Below, in pieces: positions 8,282-15,690 of a stretch of 31,192 nucleotides of DNA. The notes beneath the pieces were generated by a model. It saw nothing but the letters and a program-made list of their open reading frames with translations. It did not search any database and was not told the DNA's origin. The stretch is from UHGV virus genome UHGV-0019120. The stretch is one strand, 5' to 3'. The first letter of the stretch is position 1; every line of letters begins with the position of its first letter. The position numbers and the translations under genes were made by a program. The DNA is from a virus.

Positions 8282-8404
8282 CTACTTGCTGCTAATGTTT
8301 ATCGTCACATTCAGAGCGTTATCAGTAATCTTCCAACCCTCCCCATGTGGCGTAAACAAAGCCCCAGTAACAACGATAAAAATACACATACAGTATTTTT
8401 TCAT
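8282..8404 (-). CDS. small hydrophobic peptide (about 40 aa)
   Basis: MKKYCMCIFIVVTGALF... with AAGGG RBS and own terminator; track ORF 8282..8464 is longer. Confidence 0.3.
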   Translation of the reverse strand: MKKYCMCIFIVVTGALFTPHGEGWKITDNALNVTINISSK

Positions 8405-8802
8405 TGTATGGCCCTTACAGGCCGTTTCACGGCATCCCCACCGACGAAAACAACGCGAGAGCAAGCACGGCTGCTTGTGCTTGCATGTACGGCAACGGAG
8501 AATCCTCCCCTAAAGTCGGTGCCCGGGTGCGAATCGGCGGGAAGGTCCACAGGTATTTTACGATTATTTTAAGATTAGTAATAGGAAAGAAATTAAACGA
8601 AAAAACTCGTTTATTTTCACAAAATCAGTAACCTACCCACAATCTGTGAGTTTGCAGGCACAACAAGAACCACAATTTTTTGAAGCATAATAGTGGACTA
8701 TTATTACCTTTTGGGTAAAATTAACTTGCTGCTTGTGCTTGCGTGGTTGTTTATACAACGACGTTATGCTGAAAGGACCGCGAATCCGATCAGCACGAAA
8801 GA

Positions 8803-8828
8803 ACCGTCCTCAATAGGGCGGTTTTTTT
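8803..8828 (+). terminator. intrinsic terminator within the non-coding region
   Basis: ACCGTCCT-CAAT-AGGGCGGT stem (one G-U wobble) followed by T7. Confidence 0.5.
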
Positions 8829-8883
8829 GTTTCTGCCTACCAATAAACCCACGCTATGTGGTTGTCTCTGTTAAAATCCCGCC

Positions 8884-8994
8884 GTATTGACATGAATGCG
8901 CCATTGGTGGACACTTTCCGAGCCGTAGCAAAATCTACGGTCGGGATTGGAACCCCGTAGACACAATGGCGCATACCGCGTTAGCGGTTTTTTT
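8884..8994 (+). ncRNA. candidate structured small RNA (c4-like antisense regulator)
   Basis: Extended -10 TGtTAAAAT near 8866-8874; 9-bp outer stem 8898-8906/8964-8972 enclosing two hairpins, one with loop ATTGGAAC; ends at short hairpin plus T7 (8975-8994). No ORF. Confidence 0.35.
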
Positions 8995-9160
8995 ATGCGT
9001 AAAGCACTGCTACACCCAAATTATGGTGGGGCGTGCGGGGGAGTCGTAAGACTCGCCGGTTCGTCATTGTGTCCGGTAGTTCCAACCCTGCACGTCTCAC
9101 CACCCAATGATTGGAACCTGACGGTGGTGAGTATCCTTAACCTTTAAGGGAATCATCACA

Positions 9161-9352
9161 ATGACAAACCTACCCCATGACTATTACGTCAACCTCGTAA
9201 AGATCCTTCTCAAGAAAGCCTCATACGCCGATAAATTCCGCCTGGCTGAAATCATCGAGCGCGAAGCTATGCGCATCGCCAGCAACGATAACGCTGTTTC
9301 TGACGCAAAAATCTCCCTCGTAACCAAAGTAGTTATGGGAGGTGCAAAATGA
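9161..9352 (+). CDS. small protein translationally coupled to the antirepressor (icd-like position)
   Basis: 63 aa; AAGGGA RBS; stop overlaps start of the next gene (ATGA-type overlap at 9349-9352). Confidence 0.4.
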   Translation: MTNLPHDYYVNLVKILLKKASYADKFRLAEIIEREAMRIASNDNAVSDAKISLVTKVVMGGAK

Positions 9353-10494
9353 AAACGCTTCCGACCGTTAACACCCTACAGCCTATCCTGCATAACCAAA
9401 TCCCTGTCATTACTACCGAGTTACTAGCACAGCTTTACGGCACTGAGCCGGTGCGTATTCGCCAGAATCATCATGAGAACAAAGCACGTTTCGTTGAAGG
9501 GAAACACTTTTTCAAAGTTGTTGGTAATGACCTTAAAGAATTGCGGGTAGCTTTAAACTACTCTCAAAATCCAGTTTCACCTAAAGTCCGCTCCCTCATC
9601 CTCTGGACAGAACGCGGGGCTGCACGTCACGCTAAAATGCTCGAAACCGATCAGGCGTGGGATGTATTCGAACGGCTGGAAGACTGCTACTTCAACCAGA
9701 ACGCGCAAACGGCCGCGACCGTAACCGTCTCACCAAACAATGCTCGTGAGGTTGTCGATACGCTCAACGCTAAACCAATGTATTACGTTAAGGTGTGCAA
9801 CAACGAGCCACTCACAACCTCAGCCGATGTTGCCCAGGCATTCAGCACCACAAACAATTCCATCGTTATGGCCATCGATGCGTTACGCATTCCTCGCACA
9901 GCTGCGGCGCGTCACTTCTTTAAAGAACAACGACCGCTGGAAGGAAGCGACCGCGAAATAACAATCTATCGCATGACAAAAGACGGATTTACCTTGCTCA
10001 TGGAAAGTATCGACGGTCCAGGCGTGAAGGATATCAAGCTGGCCTACATTGAAGCCTTTAACGCTATCAGCAGCATGTTAAAGGCAGAATACGAGCGAAT
10101 GCTATACAACCGACTGTATCAGGAAACAAAGATTATCCGAACGGCAACAGAACATCATCGGCTATTAACGGAACCAAACTACCGCAAGACACTAATCAAA
10201 GAGTTTGACAAGGCGACGGAGAAAACTAAAGCGGCACTAAATCTACCAACAATGACTAAAGATGATGTGATATCAGCCTTACTTCTTGATCTGCTCAGAA
10301 ACGTCAGAGCACTTATCAGTTTTGACGAAAACCTGAATCCTCAGCTCAAGCTACTACCACCGACAGGCAAAGTAGTCGACCAGGCTGATCACAACAGCAT
10401 ACTCAGCGTTCTGGATGCAAACCTGCCAGCCAGGACACTACAGGATCTGATAAAAACATGTGCTGATAAGCTGGCACAGAAAAGCAGACCATAA
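9349..10494 (+). CDS. phage antirepressor / regulatory protein (ORF6N-like plus Rha-like domains)
   Basis: 381 aa; N-terminal ITTELLAQLYG...EGKHFF...ILWTERGAARHAKMLETDQAWDVFERLEDCYF resembles ORF6N; central TTSADVAQAF...YRMTKDGFTLLM...IEAFN resembles Rha. Confidence 0.7.
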   Translation: MKTLPTVNTLQPILHNQIPVITTELLAQLYGTEPVRIRQNHHENKARFVEGKHFFKVVGNDLKELRVALNYSQNPVSPKVRSLILWTERGAARHAKMLETDQAWDVFERLEDCYFNQNAQTAATVTVSPNNAREVVDTLNAKPMYYVKVCNNEPLTTSADVAQAFSTTNNSIVMAIDALRIPRTAAARHFFKEQRPLEGSDREITIYRMTKDGFTLLMESIDGPGVKDIKLAYIEAFNAISSMLKAEYERMLYNRLYQETKIIRTATEHHRLLTEPNYRKTLIKEFDKATEKTKAALNLPTMTKDDVISALLLDLLRNVRALISFDENLNPQLKLLPPTGKVVDQADHNSILSVLDANLPARTLQDLIKTCADKLAQKSRP

Positions 10495-10498
10495 CTAC

Positions 10499-10524
10499 AA
10501 GGGGCTACGGCCCCTTACTCTTTT
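10499..10524 (+). terminator. intrinsic terminator after the antirepressor gene
   Basis: AAGGGGC-TACG-GCCCCTT hairpin followed by T-rich ACTCTTTTCTCTCT. Confidence 0.6.
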
Positions 10525-10693
10525 CTCTCTTATCAACACCAGAGACTTTCTGAAAATCCTTTCGAATAGCGTCAGCGTCACGCGCCAAGCCCATACTCGA
10601 ACGTGTCGCCATATGACGAAAATGATCAACTGCCGGAAACAAAGAAATAATGGACCCAATAGCTTGCAGCAAACTCGCTTTTCTACGCATCAT
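10505..10693 (-). CDS. hypothetical small protein
   Basis: About 62 aa from ATGATG at 10693 with GGTGGA RBS; track ORF extends to 10717 with a GTG start. Confidence 0.3.
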   Translation of the reverse strand: MMRRKASLLQAIGSIISLFPAVDHFRHMATRSSMGLARDADAIRKDFQKVSGVDKREKSKGP

Positions 10694-11230
10694 AATTCCA
10701 CCATAACCGATAGCCACCCTTCAGACACAACCCCCCCTCCCCCCATACAGGGTGTCCTTTACCGGAGTTCCGGCCCCTTCTCAAAAGCATCAAAAAAAGC
10801 TCGAGATCGAGTACCGGAACTCATGCCACCAGATAGCTCCACATCGTTTCCAATGCTTCGCCGCCGTGTGCGCCCTGTGGCCCACAATCATGCCATTGGT
10901 CGTCTGATATACCTTCTTCTGCTCATTGAGCACAGGCGAGTTGTCGCACTCCTGCCTTTCTCAGACTCGACTTAGTTTAGATCGCTGTTCCTGGCTTGCG
11001 TCAGCACACTTTCCCCTTGTACGCATACCCGCGCGCCACTCCGCCCAAAAACACCGAACCCAACGAAGTGGCAAAGACAACGACGCGAGCGTGAGTCTGA
11101 AACAGGCACCAGTAAAAAAGGGGTTGCAGGCGCAAAAAGATTTGATTATCTTTAGACGCAAGAAAGCCGCCCCAATCAAGAGGTGTCTTTTTAAATCCAG
11201 CCTACCAAGCAAGATTTAAATTTCAGACTG

Positions 11231-11256
11231 AAAACCGCCCGGCAAGGCGGTTTTTG
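11231..11256. terminator. bidirectional intrinsic terminator
   Basis: AAACCGCC-CGGCAA-GGCGGTTT stem flanked by A4 upstream and T5 downstream. Confidence 0.6.
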
Positions 11257-11583
11257 TCTTTCTGGCGCTTACATTACACCACCATAAAACGATCCGTAAA
11301 GGATCATTTGATCCCTTGTTCCAATTCTGACGACACTTTAACCTTTTCCCATACAAGGGTTTGCAGCCTTAACAGAATCGCATCTTTATCAAGGTGTGAA
11401 AGATCCTTAACCATATCGTCAAACGACAGAACGCGAATGGCCATCTCAATGACCCTCGGCGGCTCGCTCCTGCGTCCAGTTCATCCCACGACGCCATAAT
11501 TTCAATTCATAACCCGTCATAGCATCCTCCTCGCACAATATTAACACTCGCAAAGTGTCAAAATGACACTTTGCGTATTGTGT

Positions 11584-11964
11584 TTACTTAACGAGGAATA
11601 AAAATGGTTTATTGTTCGGCGGTGTAATCGGGGCTGGCTCGCTTTTGCTCATGCGATCAGTGTACCAGGCCAGCTCCTTGTCAAAGTAAGCCTGATTAAA
11701 ATAGGCCATGAATGTAGTTTCAAATCCATAACGACCGCTAATACGCAGCATCTGATTGCCGTTCTCTGTTTCCAGATATACCTGGGCACGTTCCTGATTC
11801 TCCTTCAGCCAGGTTAAAGCCTCATCGCACGAGGACACACGATACTCATCATCGTAGCCGTCATCGATGCGGCTTGAAGAAGAACGGCAAATCACGCCGA
11901 CAGAACCAGCCAGGATAGTTTGAATTTTAAGGAAAGCGTTTTTGCGGATTTTAATCATGCTCAT
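11584..11964 (-). CDS. hypothetical protein expressed from promoter block copy B
   Basis: 126 aa; GGAG RBS; immediately downstream of repeat copy B; followed by a 27-bp perfect palindrome (11549-11575). Confidence 0.5.
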   Translation of the reverse strand: MSMIKIRKNAFLKIQTILAGSVGVICRSSSSRIDDGYDDEYRVSSCDEALTWLKENQERAQVYLETENGNQMLRISGRYGFETTFMAYFNQAYFDKELAWYTDRMSKSEPAPITPPNNKPFLFLVK

Positions 11965-11971
11965 CGGGTTA

Positions 11972-12073
11972 TCTCCGGTTTAACCAGGGCGGGTATCGCT
12001 CGGTTTCGGGTATAACCATAGGAAATTTTTTCCTACCTGTAAAGCACTTTTTATATAAATCTATAATTATATA
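11972..12073. repeat. 102-bp promoter/leader block, copy B
   Basis: Single mismatch relative to 3124..3225 (CCTACC vs CCCACC). Confidence 0.9.
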
Positions 12074-12231
12074 AATAATAGTGACTGGTGCTTTTTTAGG
12101 CTTCACATTAAACATTTTTGTTTAGCTTATTGGCAAGGTCTTGAAAAAGACATTTCAGCAATGGTATACCATTGAACATGGTATCGGCTGAATTTTACAA
12201 TTAACACATTTTAAACAATTGGAGGTGCAAA

Positions 12232-12516
12232 ATGGCTAAACCAAAATCTGAAATTGATGCTATTCGAGCATTAACAGAAGTAACAATTAAAGGTTTTGAG
12301 CAGGTTGCTCAGGCATTAGTTGATATGAGAGAAGCTCAGGGAAAAGTCGCACGAGCAACATATAATGGATTAACCTCCTCAGGAAAATCTCGCTATGTTG
12401 CATCGCTAGTAGAGGAAGTAGGATCACAAGCTGAAGTAAGCCGCATGTTAAATATCACACCTGGGCGCGTTAGCCAGCTTATGAAGTCCGAAAAAAACCG
12501 CAAAAATGGTAAGTAA
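12232..12516 (+). CDS. putative HTH DNA-binding protein
   Basis: 94 aa; C-terminal GSQAEVSRMLNITPGRVSQLMK is HTH-like; GGAGGTG RBS; 16-bp perfect palindrome CAATGGTATACCATTG (12159-12174) in its upstream region. Confidence 0.45.
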   Translation: MAKPKSEIDAIRALTEVTIKGFEQVAQALVDMREAQGKVARATYNGLTSSGKSRYVASLVEEVGSQAEVSRMLNITPGRVSQLMKSEKNRKNGK

Positions 12517-12520
12517 ATAA

Positions 12521-12543
12521 GTAAGGCCCCAATGGGGCCTTAC
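12521..12543. terminator. hairpin between convergent genes
   Basis: GTAAGGCCCC-AAT-GGGGCCTTAC 10-bp stem; flanks only weakly U-rich. Confidence 0.45.
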
Positions 12544-12549
12544 ATTATG

Positions 12550-12849
12550 TTAGACATGGAACGCTACTCGCTTTCCTGTAGGAAGCTCAACATCCAGGCT
12601 TAATTTGCCTCCCATAGCTTCAACGTAACGCTTTAATGTCGCCAGCTTTAAATCATTTCCGCGCTGCTCCAGCTTTGTTACTGCTGGCTGGCTTATACCC
12701 ATCGCCTCAGCAACCTGTTTTTGTGATAACTGGAGTTCTTCACGCATCATCTGCAAGCCGACCTCAAGAATCATCTCATCTGCCATTTCTTTAATTCGCG
12801 CCTGGCTTTCAGGTGAACGGCAGGCAATCACCTCATCTAATGTTCTCAT
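12550..12849 (-). CDS. HigA-like XRE-family antitoxin
   Basis: 99 aa; HTH LSQKQVAEAMGISQPAVTKLE; start overlaps toxin stop (ATGA at 12846-12849), downstream of the toxin as in HigBA-type modules. Confidence 0.7.
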   Translation of the reverse strand: MRTLDEVIACRSPESQARIKEMADEMILEVGLQMMREELQLSQKQVAEAMGISQPAVTKLEQRGNDLKLATLKRYVEAMGGKLSLDVELPTGKRVAFHV

Positions 12850-13196
12850 TACTTGCTCTCCAGTGTGTTCAGATGTGCTGCAAACTCATCCTCAGCTATA
12901 CGCACCAGTTTTTTATAAAACCGCTTATCGTTACTTTTGTCTCCTGCACAAAGAACGATGGCCCGACGAATCGGATCGAACGCATAAAAGGCTCTTATCG
13001 GACGGCCAGAAAACTGAACGCGAAGCTCTTTCATATTTTTGTACCGAGAACCTTTTACGGTATCGGCATATGGCCTGGGTAACTCAGGTCCGTAAACCTG
13101 TAGATTTTTCAAATCAGCCAAAACCTTTTCCTGAAGAGCCTCTTCTTGCTCATTTAGCCAGTCGTCAAATCGCTGGCTAAAAAGTACCGTCCACAT
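12849..13196 (-). CDS. HigB/RelE-superfamily toxin (Gp49-like)
   Basis: About 116 aa from ATG 13196 (AGGA RBS); the ...YAFDPIRRAIVLCAGDKSNDKRF... C-terminus resembles phage Gp49/HigB-type toxins; track ORF 12849..13316 is longer. Confidence 0.6.
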   Translation of the reverse strand: MWTVLFSQRFDDWLNEQEEALQEKVLADLKNLQVYGPELPRPYADTVKGSRYKNMKELRVQFSGRPIRAFYAFDPIRRAIVLCAGDKSNDKRFYKKLVRIAEDEFAAHLNTLESK

Positions 13197-13440
13197 GCTC
13201 AATCCTATAACCTGTAGTTTATACCACTGACTATATAACCCGTAGGTTATAATTTCAAGAAAAACGGGGCTATTTAACATAATGGACGTTATCGGCACCA
13301 CCGGATCACCGTTCATTGTCGGATCTAAAAAATCCGCTCAAAAGATCATGTTTTCCTGGGCGTTTTCCACCGTTTTTTATGTTGCTTATTTGTTAATGAA
13401 ATCTCGTTTTCAGTTTCGCCTCATTTTCGACGCGAAAGCC

Positions 13441-13731
13441 CTATTTTTGTGACTTTACTCCTGGCATATGGACTTCCCAGCGACGAATCCCCATAGCTGC
13501 GCAAAAATCAGCCACATAATTCAATCCCGCCCATTCGCGGATACCACCACGGGCTTTTTCAATGAAAACGGCAATCCCTTTTTTATTGAGAGCAAAAAGC
13601 CGCCAGCTTTTTGTCACTTCGTCCTGGGTAGCCACAACACAAGTGAAAGCTCCCATGCGATACAGGTCCAAGAACTCTTTGCGTGTTTTGCGTACAAGTT
13701 CCATAACAAACCTCATATTTGCATGTTTCAA
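13441..13731 (-). CDS. hypothetical protein
   Basis: 96 aa; 4-bp overlap with the upstream HTH gene. Confidence 0.4.
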   Translation of the reverse strand: MKHANMRFVMELVRKTRKEFLDLYRMGAFTCVVATQDEVTKSWRLFALNKKGIAVFIEKARGGIREWAGLNYVADFCAAMGIRRWEVHMPGVKSQK

Positions 13732-14027
13732 ACATCTGTTTTGTTATCAATGAAGATTAACCCTAACCCAGCGAAGTAACACAGCAGCGCCCAGGCTGCA
13801 TACGGAATGCTGGATCTGGATGTGGACTCCTTTAACATCTGCCAGTTGCGAACATTGCGACTATCTTTTAAGCCTAGTTTTTTGGCTAACTGCGAGCCGC
13901 TCATTCCGGTCAGGCCAATGACTGCCCGAACTTCTCCACATGTAGGAGATTCCCATTCATCCGCTTTTTTTAAACAAGCCGGATTCAACATTTTTAAAAC
14001 AGTATCTTTATCCATAACCATCTCCAT
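13728..14027 (-). CDS. XRE-type HTH protein with C-terminal hydrophobic segment
   Basis: 99 aa; HTH LTGMSGSQLAKKLGLKDSRNVRNW then a roughly 20-residue hydrophobic stretch IPYAAWALLCYFAGLGLIFI. Confidence 0.45.
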   Translation of the reverse strand: MEMVMDKDTVLKMLNPACLKKADEWESPTCGEVRAVIGLTGMSGSQLAKKLGLKDSRNVRNWQMLKESTSRSSIPYAAWALLCYFAGLGLIFIDNKTDV

Positions 14028-14029
14028 TT

Positions 14030-14658
14030 ATTATATCTACGATGGTAGGAAATCTTTTCCTATGTAGCAATAGAAATTTACTACATTGCGTATAAGACAA
14101 GTTTTCTATGTCTAATAGGAAATGAGGTTTCTTACGTTTTATCGCGTTCTGATGGCTACTGTGTGCGTATTTATCGACGTTTATTGATAAGGCTCGCCCC
14201 TTCCTCCTGCAAAGCCCGGCCGTAGGCCTTATTTCGGCCTTATATAAATTGATTTTGTATAGTTCGAAACGCGCCGTTTCGAAAAGGATGATCAGGCTGC
14301 TCCATGCCTCCGGCAAGTGCCGGAGGAGGTATATTTGAGCGTAGCGACTCGAACCGGCGCGAGCTTTAGCTCGCTGCAAGGGCGAACATATTCACAGGCA
14401 AAGCCTGTGTAAGTTAAATAAAGAAAGTCTTAATAAAAGAAAGTAATTTTGCATTTATTTGTTTAGTGCATCTATTATAAAAAACCATTTGCATATACAT
14501 ATCAAAACTGTGGATAACTTTATTAGCCGATGCCTGTAAAGGCGATATTTTTGCTGTGTTCAGGTTTAGAGAAAATTAATTTAGATTGTTTTTTGAACAG
14601 ATGTTTTATTGCGACGTAGATAATCCTCCGGTAAAACCGGATTCATCATTCAGGTGGG
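14030..14658. other. candidate replication origin (oriR-like) downstream of repA
   Basis: AT-rich tract 14400-14600 with perfect DnaA box TTATCCACA (minus strand, 14509-14517) and a cluster of GC-rich perfect hairpins at 14263-14409. Confidence 0.45.
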
Positions 14659-15639
14659 TTAATGTTGGAGTGATTTCCAGGTCTTTCTTAACCTGTTATA
14701 ACGCTGCTCAACGAGGGATCGTAAATATGCAAGGTCAGCTCCAGGATACATGCCATCAGCAAATTCCTGGCTAACCTCTCTAGTGATTTGATGACGAAGT
14801 TCGGCCTCTCCCTTTTCCCGAACAAGACGCGCAGCTCTCTCCGCTGCTTTCTGTTTTGCCTTTATCTCTCTGGCCGTCTTCCTCTGACGCCATACATTCT
14901 CCATCTGCTCCTGAATAACAATACGCTTATAATCAGCCTCCGTTATCGCTTTTTTAAGCCGTTCGCTATTCCTCGCATTGAAGTAATTAAGTTTCTGGCT
15001 AACCGCACGTCTCCATGCTTGTTCAGTAATACCAACGGTTTCCAGCAGTTGATCACGAATCTCTATTTTCGCAGGCCAATACTGTTTATTCACCCGATCC
15101 CAGCGACGTTCATAATCAATAAAACCTAACGCTTTCAGTTGCGACAACGCCCTTGTACAGCGCGTTATAGACTTGTTCCCAGCTTCGGATACGGTAGACA
15201 GGCCGCAAAAATCAGACAACGCCTCAGCACTGGCCAGAACCCGCTTAGAAATGATGTTTACATGGTACAACATCGCAGCAATCAGAGCATTAAACGCCCG
15301 ACGACGATGTTCGTTTATCCGGCGTTTCCGCTCTGACGGTTGATTAACGTAGAACGCAACCTCACACGTAAGATCACGACCATTAATGCGCTGTAAAGCA
15401 TCAGATAACACCAGCGGCAGCTTGTGCGTATGGCGCTTTGGAGGCTGGAACTCCGGCGACAAATTACAAACGTAAGCTGAACGTAGAGACGGCATTGGTC
15501 TATCCATATGTTCGCTCTTGCGTCCACGGAAAACCAACGTATAATGGGAGTTGTCGAGGCGCCCATGGATTGTTGTTGTTGGTTTTCCGTGGATGTCGCA
15601 AGAAGCCCGCAGATTTATCTGCGGGCTTTTTGTTTCCAT
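14659..15639 (-). CDS. repA: IncFII-type plasmid replication initiator RepA
   Basis: Central LSTVSEAGNKSITRCTRALSQLKALGFIDY closely parallels R100/R1 RepA1 as I recall it; Arg/Lys-rich coiled C-terminus also similar. Start uncertain: ATG 15639 or internal ATG 15507. Confidence 0.75.
   Translation of the reverse strand: METKSPQINLRASCDIHGKPTTTIHGRLDNSHYTLVFRGRKSEHMDRPMPSLRSAYVCNLSPEFQPPKRHTHKLPLVLSDALQRINGRDLTCEVAFYVNQPSERKRRINEHRRRAFNALIAAMLYHVNIISKRVLASAEALSDFCGLSTVSEAGNKSITRCTRALSQLKALGFIDYERRWDRVNKQYWPAKIEIRDQLLETVGITEQAWRRAVSQKLNYFNARNSERLKKAITEADYKRIVIQEQMENVWRQRKTAREIKAKQKAAERAARLVREKGEAELRHQITREVSQEFADGMYPGADLAYLRSLVEQRYNRLRKTWKSLQH
15520..15635 (+). ncRNA. candidate antisense copy-control RNA (CopA-like) opposite the repA 5' region
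   Basis: 15-17-bp perfect inverted repeat (15524-15538 / 15578-15592) then a strong plus-strand intrinsic terminator (15603-15632); no plus-strand coding potential. Promoter not identified. Confidence 0.35.
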
Positions 15640-15675
15640 ATCTGGTCATTTTCCAACCAGACACCCACAATCATA

Positions 15676-15690
15676 ACCACGTTACGTGGT
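15676..15690. promoter_or_regulatory. CI-type operator palindrome upstream of repA
   Basis: ACCACGTTACGTGGT, same ACCAC-N5-GTGGT architecture as the immunity operators; abuts a minus-strand TATGAT -10 candidate. Confidence 0.5.

Noticed and set aside
8898-8972. tRNA-like multi-hairpin structure
   Set aside because: Has an outer stem and two inner hairpins but lacks a T-arm GTTCRANYC motif, a recognisable anticodon arm and proper tRNA dimensions; treated as a candidate regulatory sRNA instead.
10460-11219. Plus-strand ORFs 10460..10975 and 10926..11219
   Set aside because: Pro/Ser/Arg-rich low-complexity translations, no RBS, overlap a terminator and a poly-C tract; more likely non-coding or degraded.
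14008-14379. 123-aa minus-strand ORF
   Set aside because: Lies in the hairpin-rich, AT-rich origin-like region, lacks an RBS and has low-complexity composition; likely non-coding.
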